Below are positions 48,087-59,776 of a DNA stretch of 64,000 nucleotides, piece by piece. A program made the position numbers and the translations under genes. A model generated the notes under the pieces. That model was not told where the DNA came from. It searched no databases and saw only the letters and a list, made by a program, of their open reading frames with translations. The stretch's first letter is position 1; the number at the start of each line of letters is the position of its first letter. The DNA is from a bacterium (GTDB taxonomy: Bacteria > UBA8248). Where the stretch lies: contig CBDBZY010000044.1 in NCBI GenBank assembly GCA_965213685.1, positions 160,001 through 224,000 on the forward strand, written 5' to 3'.

Positions 48087-49307
48087 TCAGAGGAGCAGGC
48101 GGTCGTCCATGCGGGAGCGCGTCAGAACCTCATGGCCGTCCTCGGTGATGAGCACGGTCTCCTCGATCCGCACGCCGCCCCCGCCCGGAACGTCCGGCAC
48201 CCAGATGAGCGGCTCTATGGCGAACACCATGCCCGGCTCCAGGTCCACCTCTTCGGAATCCGGGTCGGGCTCCCCGATGTAGGGGGGCTCGTTGGGCGAC
48301 GTGCCCACCGCGTGGCCGATGCTCAGCGCGAACCAGTTTTTTCGCAGCCCGTATTTCTCTCCCGTCTCCCAGATGCGCTCCGCCACCTGCTTGTTCGTGA
48401 AGCCGGGCCGCGCGCGCTCCAGCCCCAGCTGCAGGGACTCGTGGACGGCCGTGTAGATTTCCTTTTGCCGCCTCGAGGGTTTTCCGCAGATCATGGTGCG
48501 GGCCACGTCGCCGAAATATCCGTTCCACTGCGCGCCGATGTCGATGAACACCAGGTCGCCGCTGCGGATGATCTTGTCGCTCGCGAAGCGGTAGGGCGGC
48601 GACATGTGCTCGCCGGAGGCCACGAACGGGGATACCAGATGCGCCATCTCGCCCCCGTAGCGGTGAAGCACCTTCATCGCGTCTGCGGCCACGTCGCACT
48701 CCCGCTTCCCCGCCTGCACGCTGTCCATGGCCTCCTCGTTCACCGCGTCGGCGATCGCGCAGGCCTCGCGGATCATGTAGACCTCCTCGGGCATCTTGTG
48801 CCGCCGCACCCGGTGCATGAACGAATCGCCGTTGATGAACTCCACGTCCTCCAGATATTTCCGGTAGGCGCTGAACTGGATGAACGTCATCAGGTCAAGC
48901 CCCACCTTCTTGCCGATGAGGCCCAGCTCCTCGAAGAGGGGCCGCAGCGTCTCGCGCGTCATCTTGTCCACGAGCGGCTGCTCCTCCATCTTCGCCAGGT
49001 GATGGAATTTCTCTATCCACGGCATGTCGCGCGACGCGCGGGGTATCTCCCCGCCGTTCGTCATGACGTGCGCCCCGCCCCTTTGCGGGAGGATGACGGC
49101 GTTTCGCGTTCCCTCGCGGTGTGCCAGAAAGGAGGAGCGCATGCTCGCGAGGTAGCGCACGTTCTCCACCTTCCAGAGAAAGAGGGCGTCGATGCCCGCA
49201 TCGGCCATCGCGCGCTGCGCTTTCTCCACGCGCTTTTGACGCAGCGCGCCCACGTCCACCCGATCCTCGTAATCGACGATAAACTGACCGCGCGCGAATC
49301 CTGGCAT
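48087..49307 (-). CDS. M24 Xaa-Pro peptidase family
   Basis: DIG...GYFGDVART, GHAVG, EPP, AIEP, GVRIEET. Confidence 0.88.
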   Translation of the reverse strand: MPGFARGQFIVDYEDRVDVGALRQKRVEKAQRAMADAGIDALFLWKVENVRYLASMRSSFLAHREGTRNAVILPQRGGAHVMTNGGEIPRASRDMPWIEKFHHLAKMEEQPLVDKMTRETLRPLFEELGLIGKKVGLDLMTFIQFSAYRKYLEDVEFINGDSFMHRVRRHKMPEEVYMIREACAIADAVNEEAMDSVQAGKRECDVAADAMKVLHRYGGEMAHLVSPFVASGEHMSPPYRFASDKIIRSGDLVFIDIGAQWNGYFGDVARTMICGKPSRRQKEIYTAVHESLQLGLERARPGFTNKQVAERIWETGEKYGLRKNWFALSIGHAVGTSPNEPPYIGEPDPDSEEVDLEPGMVFAIEPLIWVPDVPGGGGVRIEETVLITEDGHEVLTRSRMDDRLLL

Positions 49308-49394
49308 AAGGCTGGTTTCCTCCATTCAGGGGGCGGACGGCCGATGGGGACGCCCCCCGTCGGGACGGAGAGAGAAGGGGGGAGGACGGTCGCT

Positions 49395-49775
49395 TCAGGC
49401 CTCCTCCACCAGTTCGATCAGGACGTCGTCGGGCGCCTTGATGAAGGCGGTCCGGGAGCCCAGAACGCCCTCTCCCGGCTTTTTCGTGAAGACGACGCCC
49501 GCTTCCTCGAGCCGCTGGGCGAATTCGTCGAGCCGCTCCACCTGAATCCCGAAATGGTGAAGCCCGCGCCCCACCTTGGCGAGCGCATCGTCCTCGTCGG
49601 CCCTGAGACCGCGAATGCGAATCTCTATCTCCCCGAGCATCACGCTGATGTAGGGCGCGCCCCGGTATGCGATCTCGGGCGTGAACAACTCCCCGCCGAA
49701 GTGGGTGACGTAGAATTCCGCCGCCGCCTGCGGGTCTTTCGCTACGTGGTGGACGTGATGCGTCCGGGCAGCCAT
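49395..49775 (-). CDS. VOC/glyoxalase family protein
   Basis: HHVH, FY..HFG, GLHHFG, F.KAPD.VLIEL. Confidence 0.88.
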   Translation of the reverse strand: MAARTHHVHHVAKDPQAAAEFYVTHFGGELFTPEIAYRGAPYISVMLGEIEIRIRGLRADEDDALAKVGRGLHHFGIQVERLDEFAQRLEEAGVVFTKKPGEGVLGSRTAFIKAPDDVLIELVEEA

Positions 49776-49807
49776 GGTTTCTCCTCCCTGTTGATTCCTT
49801 GCGAGAC

Positions 49808-51085
49808 CTAGAGACCGTCCCCGACGGCGACGTAGGCACCGCCGGGCACCGGATTCTCCTCCGGCCTCCGCGCCCCCCACTGGCCGGTGATGGCGTACAT
49901 CGCCCGCACCTTCTTCATGTTGTTGCCGCCGTCGCTGGAGAAGAGCATGTTGTGCGTGTCCCGAAACCATTTCTCCAGGAAGTTCTCGCGCTGGACGCCC
50001 ACGCCCGCGTGTATCTCCATCGCCATCTTCGTGACGTCGCAGGACATCTCGTGCGCGAACGCGCTCGCCGAGAGCGTCATGGGCGGGTCAATCGGAATTT
50101 CGTGGCGCATGTCCTGGCGCCACGCCGCGTGGTGCACGTAGGCCCGCGCCGCCTGAATCTTGGTGTACATGTCGACGAGCTTGAGCCCGACGGATTGATG
50201 CTCCGAGATGGGGCGCCCGCTCTGCACCCGGTTCTGCGCGAATTCGAGCGACTTCTCATACGCGGCGCGCGCCACGCCGACCTGGCCCGCCGCGTTGATG
50301 AGGGCGTCGCCGCGCAGGTGGCGCCGGATGTAGGAGACGCCGCAGTTCTCCGGTCCGAGGCGGTATTTCGCGGGAACCACCGCGTTCTCGAAAATGATCT
50401 CCGCGTTCTGGTTCAGGCGGTAGCCCATCTTGTTGTGCACCTTGCCCATCCGGATTCCGGGCGCGTCCATGGGGATCATGAGGAGGGAGGCGCCCTGCTC
50501 GACGCCCACGTCGGGGTTCGTGCGAACGAACGTGAACATCAGCCGCGCCCAGCCCACGTTGGAGATGAAATGCTTCTTCCCGTTGACGATGTAGTTCTCG
50601 CCGTCGAGGACGGCGGTGGTCTGGTATCCGCCGTCCGCCCCGTTGTAGGGCAGCTGGTTCTCCGAACCCGAGGCGGGCTCCGTCGTCGCCGTGCCGATGA
50701 GGAAGGTGGGGTCCTTCACGTACTCGCGCATCCAGTAGTCCGCCAGCGCCGGATCCCCCAGCAGCTCGCTCGTGAGGATGTGGGATATCTTCGTGGAGGA
50801 AAGCATGAACCCCGTGGCGCCCCTGTCCCCCCAGGATATCTCCTCGCCGACGATGCAGTGCGTCAGCAGGTCGTTGACGCCGCCCCCGCCGTATTCCTTG
50901 GGGATGCTCATCGTCCGCAGGCCGCACCTGTCGAGCTTCTCGAGAAGGTGGGGCATGTAGGCGCACTGGAGCGGGTCTTCCTGGTGGTCGAGCTCCAGGC
51001 TGATGGGGCGAATCTCGTCGCGCGCGAATTCATGCGCGATCCTCTGGTATTCTTTCTGCTCATCCGTCATCCGATAGTCGTACAT
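49808..51085 (-). CDS. Acyl-CoA dehydrogenase
   Basis: TEPASGS, NGKKHFISN, KMGYR, EKWFRD. Confidence 0.9.
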   Translation of the reverse strand: MYDYRMTDEQKEYQRIAHEFARDEIRPISLELDHQEDPLQCAYMPHLLEKLDRCGLRTMSIPKEYGGGGVNDLLTHCIVGEEISWGDRGATGFMLSSTKISHILTSELLGDPALADYWMREYVKDPTFLIGTATTEPASGSENQLPYNGADGGYQTTAVLDGENYIVNGKKHFISNVGWARLMFTFVRTNPDVGVEQGASLLMIPMDAPGIRMGKVHNKMGYRLNQNAEIIFENAVVPAKYRLGPENCGVSYIRRHLRGDALINAAGQVGVARAAYEKSLEFAQNRVQSGRPISEHQSVGLKLVDMYTKIQAARAYVHHAAWRQDMRHEIPIDPPMTLSASAFAHEMSCDVTKMAMEIHAGVGVQRENFLEKWFRDTHNMLFSSDGGNNMKKVRAMYAITGQWGARRPEENPVPGGAYVAVGDGL

Positions 51086-51142
51086 GAGGCTCCTTCCTCC
51101 AAGTGATGGGGCGGGCCCGGCCCGCCCTGACGCGGCGCGCGT

Positions 51143-52175
51143 CTAGTCGTCTTCTGCCAGCGCTTCGGCCACTTCCACGGGTTCGCCCCGCTCCGAGGAG
51201 CGCATGGCCGCCCACACGGCGCCCAGCACGTGCAGCCCTTCGGGGCCGCCGACCTCGGGCGGGCGCCGCTCCCGAACGGCTGCGGCGAAATCCTCGAACT
51301 CCTCCACGAGATAGTCCTGTCCCGGGTATTCCTCGTAGGGAATCTCCTCGCGCTCCGTTCCGTCTTTTCGCAGGATTTTGATTCCCTCCCACCTGTCGTG
51401 GTAGAGGTTCGCCTCGTCTCCGTATGCGTTCATGAAATAGGTGTATCGTCCGTTCGGCGTGCGCGGGCTGATGAAGCTCGTCCCCAGGGTGGCGAGCAGA
51501 CCGGACTCGAACTCGAACCAGACGACGCTCACGTCGGGAATCTCCGATTTCGTCTTCACCTTGCGGAACGCCGCCGACGCGCGCTTGATGGGTCCGTGCA
51601 GATACAGCAGGTTGTCCACCTGGTGAATGGCCACCTGGAGCAGCGGCCCGCCGGGGGAGCCTTCCGCATACCATTGCCAGTTCTCCGGCGTGTAGTGCAG
51701 GCCCCGGTCGTTCGAGTAGTTCGTCTCGGCCATCGCCAGGGTTCCGACGACTCCCTCGTCGAGCAGTTTCTTGAAGAGGCGGTGGCCCCGGAGCCTCCTC
51801 GAGCTCGCGCCCACCGCCAGGGTGACGCCGGCGTCCTCGCAGGCGCGAATCATTTTTTTTCGCATCCGGTATGGAGGCGGCGATCGGCTTGTCGACGAAC
51901 ACGTGCTTTCCCCGCTCGGCGGCGGCGACCGCGAGTTCCGCGTGGCGGTTGTTGGGGGCGGCGATGACCACGGCGTCCACGTCCGCGTGCCGGACGACCG
52001 CCTCGTAGCTCTCCTCCTGGCCGCAGGAGAACCTTTCGCTGAACGCCTGGCGCTTCCCGGGCGTTCTCGTGAAGCACGTGGCGATTCGCATCCCGGGCGT
52101 CTTGACGATGTGGGACGCCAGGGTGTTGCCCCAGCGTCCCAGCCCGACCACGGCCACTCTCAGTGGATCGCTCAT
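51143..52175 (-). CDS. Gfo/Idh/MocA oxidoreductase, frameshift in A-run ~51855
   Basis: GLGRWG, GKHVFVDKP, GGPL..VAIH.VD. Confidence 0.88.
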
Positions 52176-52205
52176 CTGGTTTTTCTCCTCCTCTCTAAGA
52201 GAAGC

Positions 52206-53115
52206 TCATAACGATTTCAGGCGCGGGTCCAGCACGTTTCGCAGCCAGTCGCCCACCAGGTTCGCCCCGAGGACGGTCACCGTAATCGCCACGCCGGGCA
52301 GGGTGACGACCCACCAGGAGGTGTAGAGGTACACCTTGCCGTCGCTGAGCAGGCCGCCCCAGGTGGGGGTGGGCGGCGGCACGCCCAGCCCCAGGAAGCT
52401 CAGACCCGCCTCGATGATGATCATCCGGCCCAGGTACAGGGAGGCGATGATGATGACGGGCGCCAGCACGTTGGGAAGGATATGGCGGACGATGATGCGC
52501 AGGTGGCTACCGCCGATGCTCCGCGCCGCCTGGACGAACTCCTGCTCGCGCAGGGTGAGCACCCTCGCCGCGCACGACGCGGGCGTAGATGACCCAGATG
52601 CGCATCGACATCACCAGTATCAGCACGACCAGGGCTCGGTCCCACGATGGGCGATGGTCGCCAGCGCGAGCAGTATGAACGGGAAGGAGAGCACCAGGTC
52701 CACGAACCGCATGAGGAGAAAATTCCACCTTCCCGCCGAAGTAGCCCGACACGAGGCCGACGAGGAGCCCGAAGCCTCCCGTGAGCAGCACGGCGAAGAA
52801 GCCGACCATGAGCGAGATGCGCGCGCCGTAGATGAGCCGGCTCAGGAAATCCCGCCCGAGGTGGTCCGTGCCGAGGAGGAAGATTCTCTCCCCGTCCGAC
52901 CACAGGGGCGGCTTGAGGTTCCGGCTCAGGAGCTGCGCATGCGGGTCCATCGGCGAAATCAGGGGAGCGAGGAGGGCCGTCGCCACCACGACGGCCAGGA
53001 TCGCGCAGCCGAGGAGGGCGGATTTGTCCTTCCACAGGGATTCCCATACCCGCGGGCGCGCGGGGAGCTCCTCCTCCCCCATCGGTTCCCGGGCCGCCGG
53101 TGCTTGTCGCGTCAT
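52206..53115 (-). CDS. Peptide/nickel ABC permease (DppC-like), several frameshifts
   Basis: LGTDHLGRD, YGARISL, EFVQAA..IG, HILPN, LSFLGLG. Confidence 0.85.
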
Positions 53116-54036
53116 TCGTATGAAATCCGCGGGTCGAGATAGGCATAGACGAGGTCCACCGTCAGGTTGATGAGCACGAACCCCGACGCCAGGAGGAACA
53201 CGGCGGACCTGGACGATGGGGGAAATCGCGGTTCGCTATCGCCTCCACCACCAGGCGCCCGACTCCCGGCCAGGCGAACACGACCTCGATGATCACGGTT
53301 CCGCCCAGCAGGATGCCCAGGTCCAGCCCCATGACGGTGACGATGGGGATGGAGGAGTTCTTGAGGGCGTGCACCATGAGCACGACCCTCTCGTTCAGCC
53401 CCCTTCGCCCGCGCCGTCATGATGTAGTCCTGGCGCATCACCTCGAGCATCTGGGGAGCGCATCAGCCGCGCGAGCCGGGCGAGGGTGATACGTGGAGGC
53501 GGCGAAGGCCGGCATGATGAAGTGCTCCCACCCCCCGCGCCCGAAGGAGGGCAACACCCCCAGCGTCACGGAGAAGAACATGATGAACATGATCGCCAGC
53601 CAGAAGTCGGGAATCGCCTGAATCAGCACCCGTGACGCCGACGCAGCCCTTGTCATACGCGGAGCCTTCCCGGAAGGCGGCGAGGCAGCCGAAGGGAATC
53701 CCGACGAGGACGGCGAAGGCGAAGGCGCCGACGGCCATCTCTATCGTCGCGGGGAAATGCTCCAGAACGAGGCCCATGGCCGACTCGCCGTGTTCGGTGG
53801 ACTCCCCGAAATCCCCCCGCAGGGCGTTGGAAAAAAACCGGGCGTATTGGACGTGCAGCGGCTGGTCGAACCCCATGAGTTTTCTCAGATGCTCGATGTC
53901 TTCCTGGGTCGCGTCCGTGTCGAGCATCACCAGGACGGGGTCGCCCGTCATGTGCAGCAGGAGAAACACGATGACCATGACGCACTTGAGGAGGACTATC
54001 GCCTGCATCAGGCGCTTGAAAACGTACGTAGGCCAT
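53112..54036 (-). CDS. Peptide/nickel ABC permease (DppB-like), several frameshifts
   Basis: GFDQPL..QY, GDFG.S, PDFW, QDYI.TARAKG, HALKN, E.VFAWPG.G. Confidence 0.85.
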
Positions 54037-54192
54037 ATACGCTCACCCCAGCGGTGGGGATGTCCCTCGTCGCGTTCCGGCGCCGCCGCCGGCCAGGGCG
54101 CGCGGTCTGTTCGTTGCGATTGCGCGCGCCTCTGGCCGGGGCTTCGGGGGGGCCTCTGCCTCTTCACCTCTTCCGCGCCGGGTCCCGGAATC

Positions 54193-55713
54193 CTATTTCG
54201 TGCCGACTTCGGCGGCTATCAGCTTGCCGTCGGCGCGCGGTCGCCAGTCGATTTTCTTGTTCGCGCCGAAGATGCGAAAAGTCTGATACAGCGGAACGAT
54301 CGGCACCTTCTCATGGCGCAGGGACGCGGGCGATATCCTGGTATTTCTTCTCCCGCGCCTTGTTGTCCATGGTGGAGCGCGCGTCGTTGATCCATCGCGT
54401 CCACGGCCTTGTCGCGGAATCCGCCATAGGCCGACCGGCTGCTGATCGCGCCGGCGAACATGTGCTCGGCGCTGAAGGCGGTGTTCATCCGCGCCAGATA
54501 GTAGAGGAACGGCTTTACGTTTTTCTTGTACTTGCTGAAGATGATCTTCTTCATCGCCCCCCATTCCATCACGCGGACGTTCGCCTGGAGGGCCCACTTG
54601 CGCCCACTGGCCGGCGATGCCCTCGAGCGCCTCCTTGCCCATCATGAAGCGCCCGCGGGGGATGTACACGTCGAACGAAAATCCTTTCGGGTGGCCGGCC
54701 TCGGCGAGCAGCTTCTTCGCCTGGGCGGGGTCATGCGGGTAGGGCTTGAGCTCCGGGTTGTAGCCGAAGCTGGCGGGCCCCTGGATGATCGCCACCGGCT
54801 TGGCGAATCCCATCATCACGTTCTTGGTGATGGCGTTGCGGTTGATCGCCAGGTTCATCGCCCGGCGAACCCGGACGTCCATCCAGGGCGCGCCTTCTTT
54901 GATGACCATCAGAATGTAGTTGGTGCGCGGCGACTGCTTGGCGATGACGCGCGTTTTGGCACTCGCCCGGACGCGCCCCGCTCAGCCCGGGGGGCAGGTT
55001 GTCGATGATGTCCACGTCGCCCGATATGAGCGCGGAGACGCGCGTGGTGGACTCGGGGATGAACTTCACTACCGCCGTTTTTTACCTTGGGCTTCCTCCA
55101 GGCGTTGGGGTTGGCCTCGTAGACGACCTCCTGCCCCTTGCGCCATCTCTTCATCACGAACGGGCCGCTGCCGACGGGATTGCGCGAGAGGTGCTTCTTG
55201 TCGTGCTCCTTGTAGTGTTTCGGCGGCACGATGAAGCCGTAGATCGCCAGAAAACGGCGGGAGCATCGGGTCGGGTTTTTTCGTGTGAATCCGCACCGTG
55301 TGCGCGTCCACCGCCTCCACGCGCGCGATGCTCTTGAAGTAGCGGTATTGCCTCGACTTCATCTTGGGGTCGAGAATCCGCTCGAAGCTGAATTTCACGG
55401 CCTCGGCGTCGAGTGCGTCGCCGTTGCTGAATTTCACCCCCTTGCGGAGTCGGAACTCCCACACCCGGGGACTCACCATCTTGTAGTTCTCGGCGAGCTG
55501 GTGGGTCAGGCTCCCGTCCGGGGCGCGAGCGAGCAGCGTTTCAAAGACGTTCGGGTGGTGCATCGATATCGGCAAGGAAGAGAAGGTGTGCGGGTCGAAC
55601 GTGGTCAAAGAGCCGGCCATGCCCAACACCACCTTTCCCTTCGGCGCCGCCTGCGCTCCCGGCGGGAGCAACATCAGCGCCAGCGCGACCATCCACAGCC
55701 AAGGCCTCCTCAT
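54193..55713 (-). CDS. Peptide ABC substrate-binding protein (DppA/family 5), several frameshifts
   Basis: Signal peptide, FDP, F.LRKGVKFSNG, PVGSGPF, D.RVRRA.NLAI. Confidence 0.85.
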
Positions 55714-55749
55714 CTCGAATCCCTCCTTTGGGTAAGAGTCCACCAGTTC

Positions 55750-56893
55750 TCAGAGACAAGCCAACTCGTCCGTACTCCTGTTCAGCGGTTCGTGGCCATC
55801 GTCGGTGACCAGATAGGTTTCCCCCCAGAAAATCTGGCGGTCGGCGCCCAGGTTGAACATGGGGTGGGTCGTCACCACCATGCCGGGCGCCAGCACGCCC
55901 TCGGAGACCGGCGTGATCATGTAGTCCGTGAGGTCCAGGCCGGTGAGGTGAACGAGTCCATAGGGCCAGACCTCATACCCGTTTTTCTCGAACGTCTCGT
56001 TCATCGCCCGCACCATGGCGACCATCGGCTCCCCCGGCTTGAGATGCGCCAGCGAGGCGTCGCGCGCCTCCCGCACCACCTGGTGGGCGTCGACGAGCCA
56101 TCGCTCCGCCTCGCCCAGCGTCAGAACCCGCACGATCTGGTTCCAGTATCCCCGGACGCGCGGGGAAATCTCCAGCAGGAGGGCGTCGCCCCGCCGGACG
56201 GGACGGTCCGTCTGGGGGATGACGTAGCCCCAGGGCGCCTCGCCGCCGTCGGCCATGCCGCCCAGGCCCATCATGTTGAAGTTCTCCGTCCCGCCCCCGG
56301 GTATGATGACCCGGTCCATCTCCGCGCGTATCTCCAGTTCCGTCACGCCTTCGCGAATGAAATCGCGGAGGTGATCCCACACCCGGTCGCCGAGCTCGGC
56401 CGCGCGGCGCGACATGGCGACCTCCTCTTCGCTTTGCACCAGGCGCAGCTTCCAGATCAGATCGCCGGCCTCCACCCATTGTTTCGCCCGCACCTGCTCC
56501 TGCAGCTGCTGGTGCCAGGCGGCGGGCATGATGGCGAGAGAGGAGACGCCGATTCTGGCGTCTGCGCCGGCGGTCTCGTTCAGATGGCGGCACGCCTGCA
56601 GCGGAACGGGGGGCCATGGCCTCGCAGCGGGTGTCGGATATCCAGCCGTTTCGCAGGGATTCGATGCGCTGGTTCTCCACGCCCACGAACAGGACGGGCT
56701 CTCCCTCGCGGGGGAAAACCAGAATTTGCTGGCCGGAGAAGGAGATGAAATTGCTGACGTAGGCCAGATTCCCCGAGCGCGGCCCCTGGCGGCCGCTGTT
56801 GCCGTAGACGAGGAGGACGTCCAGCCCCTCGCGCTCCATCTGCGCTCTGATATTCGCGTGGCGACGATCGCGTTCTGTGGTGGATAGCCCCAA
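55750..56893 (-). CDS. M24/creatinase-fold peptidase, frameshifts near 56540-56620
   Basis: ERDRR...M.REGLD.LLV, KLRLVQSEEE, GYW.Q..R, H.TGLD, HP, GETYLVT. Confidence 0.78.
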
Positions 56894-56925
56894 CTGTCCT
56901 GTCCTCCGGGTTGTCCGTCGTTGCG

Positions 56926-57678
56926 CTAAAAAATCACCTTGCCGCCCGAGACGGCCATGTTGACGCCCGTCACGTAGGCGGCGGCGTCGCTGCAAAAAAA
57001 CGCCACGGCCCCGCTCACGTCCTCGGGGTGGGCCAGGCGCCTCATCGGAATGGTGTCGAGGTATCGTCTCTGGTAATCCTCCGCATGGAGGATGGGCCGC
57101 TCCGTTCGGGTGAGGCCCGGGGAGACCATGTTGACCGTGATCCCGCAGGGGGCCATCTCGACGGCCAGGTTTTGCGAGAAATACAAAAGGGCCGACTTCA
57201 CCGACCCGTAGGAGTTCGTGCGCTCCCGCCTCTCGCCCAGGACGGTGGAGAGGACGTTGACGACGCGGCCCCAGCCCCTGTCCCGCATGCCCGGCAGCGC
57301 GGCTTGGCAACAATGAAAGGCGCCCTGGAGCATCACCTGAATCTGGGGCGCGTAGTCCTCCTCCCAGCACATCTCCAGAAACGCCCTGCCCCGCACGAGT
57401 CGCCGCGCGTTGTTGACGAGAATGTCGACGCCGCCCATCCGCTTCTCGCATTCGCCGAACATGCGCTCCACGTCCTCGCGCCGGCTCACGTCGGCCTGGA
57501 TGCTGAAGGCCTCGCCGCCTTCCCCCCGGATGTCCTCCGCCACCTCCCGGGCCGCCTCCTCGTCCGCGTGGTAGTGCACGCCGACCGCAGCGCCTGTGCG
57601 CGCCAGCCCGCAGGCGATGGCCTTGCCGATGCCGCGCGTAGCACCAGTGACGAGAGCGGTGCGTCGTTTCGGCTTCAT
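56926..57678 (-). CDS. SDR oxidoreductase (FabG-like)
   Basis: TGATRGIG, LVNNA, YGSVK, VSPG. Confidence 0.9.
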   Translation of the reverse strand: MKPKRRTALVTGATRGIGKAIACGLARTGAAVGVHYHADEEAAREVAEDIRGEGGEAFSIQADVSRREDVERMFGECEKRMGGVDILVNNARRLVRGRAFLEMCWEEDYAPQIQVMLQGAFHCCQAALPGMRDRGWGRVVNVLSTVLGERRERTNSYGSVKSALLYFSQNLAVEMAPCGITVNMVSPGLTRTERPILHAEDYQRRYLDTIPMRRLAHPEDVSGAVAFFCSDAAAYVTGVNMAVSGGKVIF

Positions 57679-57786
57679 GCGGAACCCACGTAGAGGTGAA
57701 CGAAAAGGCATCCGTCGTCAGGGTCAATGAAAGCGATTCCCGCGCCTCTGATTCCGGATGCGGAACAGCAAATGCACCGTTGATTA

Positions 57787-57810
57787 AATGGTATTATATG
57801 TAATACCATT
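57787..57810. promoter_or_regulatory. Palindromic operator in the divergent promoter region, probably for the adjacent GntR regulator
   Basis: AATGGTATTA-TATG-TAATACCATT, perfect 10-bp inverted repeat in an AT-rich intergenic region. Confidence 0.7.
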
Positions 57811-57922
57811 CGGAATTGCAAGTTGAATTTTTGCCAAAGCCCCCCATCGCGCGAAGGCCCGCGTCCCGGTGCGGGACGGGTCGGCCCACGCGGGTCGCGA
57901 AGGCGGGAGGGAGAGGAGGCGC

Positions 57923-58666
57923 ATGCGGGAGCTGGTGGCGGAGCAGCCGTTTTCCAACGAATTCATCCCCTACTATTACCAGATCGCCAGTTTCTTGCGC
58001 TCGAAGATTGAACGCGGGGAGTTGATTTCGGGGATGAAGCTTCCCAGGGAGATGGAACTTTCCCGGCATTTCGGCGTCAGCCGGGTCACCCTCCGGCAGG
58101 CGCTTTCCATACTGGAGAAAGAGGGGCTCGTGACGCGCAAGCGCCGGAGGGGCACGTTCGTCAACGGCTGCGGCGTGAAGCCGAAAACGATTCAGCTCAC
58201 CGGGGTCATCTGGGAGGAGAACGCCAACAGCCAGGACATGCGCATCATATCGCTCAAGGACGTGGCCGCCTCGCCCCCCCTGGAGAAGTTCTTCGGCCTG
58301 CGCGGCGGAGAGATGCTGACCAGGGTCCGGCGCCTGCGGATGGCGGAGGAGACGCCCTTTTGCCATGTGACGAATTACTTGCCCCAAAGGCTCGCCCGGG
58401 ACATCACGCGCGAGGACATTCGCACCCGCAGCATGCTGCACATCATCCAGAACCGGCTGCGCATCCCGCTGGGCAACATTCACCAGACGTTTGAGGCCCG
58501 CCTCGCCGAGAACGACGTCGCGGGCCATCTTTCCATCGGCGCCCTCGCACCGGTCCTGTATGTGGAAACCTTCGTCCACGGCAAAGACGGCGCGCCCGTA
58601 GAATTCTCTGAAATCTATTATCGCGGAGATCAACACCGATACAGGGTGGAGCTCGTCAGCGAGTAG
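57923..58666 (+). CDS. GntR/HutC-family regulator (wHTH + UTRA)
   Basis: YYQI, KLP.E.EL..HFGVSR.TLRQAL, RGTFV; UTRA C-terminus YRGD. Confidence 0.92.
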   Translation: MRELVAEQPFSNEFIPYYYQIASFLRSKIERGELISGMKLPREMELSRHFGVSRVTLRQALSILEKEGLVTRKRRRGTFVNGCGVKPKTIQLTGVIWEENANSQDMRIISLKDVAASPPLEKFFGLRGGEMLTRVRRLRMAEETPFCHVTNYLPQRLARDITREDIRTRSMLHIIQNRLRIPLGNIHQTFEARLAENDVAGHLSIGALAPVLYVETFVHGKDGAPVEFSEIYYRGDQHRYRVELVSE

Positions 58667-58718
58667 GCGCCTGCCCCCCTGTGCGCGCTCCTCGTTCTCC
58701 GTTGACCGGAGGTGAGAC

Positions 58719-59639
58719 ATGTCCCGTGAGAAGCGCAACCGGAAAACCATCGGCTTCATTGGCCTGGGACTCATGGGGCAGGCGTTTTCCAAAAACCTCC
58801 TCGCCGACGGCCACCGCCTCGTGGGAACCGACCCGCAGGCCAGGGCGATGCGAAAATTCAGGCGCCTGGGAGGAGAACCCCTCGAAACGCCCCGGGCGGT
58901 TGCGGAAGCCGCCGACGTCGTTTTCATCTCCGTTCCCGACTCCCGAACGTCCCTGCGGACGGCGCGCGGGGAGAGCGGGTATCTCGCCTGCTCCCCGGAG
59001 CGGGCGCCCGAGGTGGTGCTCGACACGACGACGTCCGACCCCGAGGACTCCAAGAAGCACGCGGCGCTGTGCCGGAGAAAGGGGATTCCCTATCTGGATG
59101 CGTGCGTGAGCGGCAACAGCGGCTACGTGGCGGATCGGGAGGGGCTGTTCCTCGTCGGGGGAGACAAGAAGGCGTATGAGAAGGCGGCGCCGCTTTTGGA
59201 GACGATGCTCTCCGATCAGATATACTGCGGCCCGCCAGGCTCCGGGGCCGCCATGAAGGTGGTCGTGAACTACCTGACCTCCATGGGGCGCTGCGTCATC
59301 GCCGAAACCCTCCGGCTCGGGATACGCAGCGGATTCGGCAAGGATTTCTTGTTCGACGCGCTGAAGAGAAGCCGCGCGGGCGGGTGGCGCATGCTGCATA
59401 CCCACGGCGGAAACATGCTCAAGGGCCGGTATCGCCGTCCCCTGAGCACCCTGAACGTCATGGTGAAGGACATCGGCCTCGGTCTCGCGCAAGCGCGCAG
59501 GCACGGCGCCGCAACGCCTGTGGGGAGCGCGTGCGCGCCGATGTTCGAGGAGGGAGCGCGTGCGGGGCACGGGGATTTGGACAGCGCCGCGGTGTATCTG
59601 TCATACCTGGATCGGGAGAAGGGGAGAGCCGGGGGATAA
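58719..59639 (+). CDS. Beta-hydroxyacid (3-hydroxyisobutyrate-type) dehydrogenase
   Basis: IGLGLMG, DACVSG, GSGAAMK.V.N, KD. Confidence 0.88.
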   Translation: MSREKRNRKTIGFIGLGLMGQAFSKNLLADGHRLVGTDPQARAMRKFRRLGGEPLETPRAVAEAADVVFISVPDSRTSLRTARGESGYLACSPERAPEVVLDTTTSDPEDSKKHAALCRRKGIPYLDACVSGNSGYVADREGLFLVGGDKKAYEKAAPLLETMLSDQIYCGPPGSGAAMKVVVNYLTSMGRCVIAETLRLGIRSGFGKDFLFDALKRSRAGGWRMLHTHGGNMLKGRYRRPLSTLNVMVKDIGLGLAQARRHGAATPVGSACAPMFEEGARAGHGDLDSAAVYLSYLDREKGRAGG

Positions 59640-59776
59640 CATGCGGAAACGAAGCGGCGTCGCGCCTTTCGCCCTGCGCGCTTCATGCCGCGCCCCTTCG
59701 TGCGGGCGCCGTCGGCTCGCTCCGGGCGTTCGCGGGCGCCGTCGGGGAGCCGGGGTTGCGAGGCGAGGCGCGCGAT

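Noticed and set aside
39985-51865. Single frameshifts at short homopolymers (ADH, PPOX, malQ, Gfo; also livM at ~11210) as programmed frameshifting
   Set aside because: Pattern typical of long-read indel errors; runs are short and these families are not known for recoding
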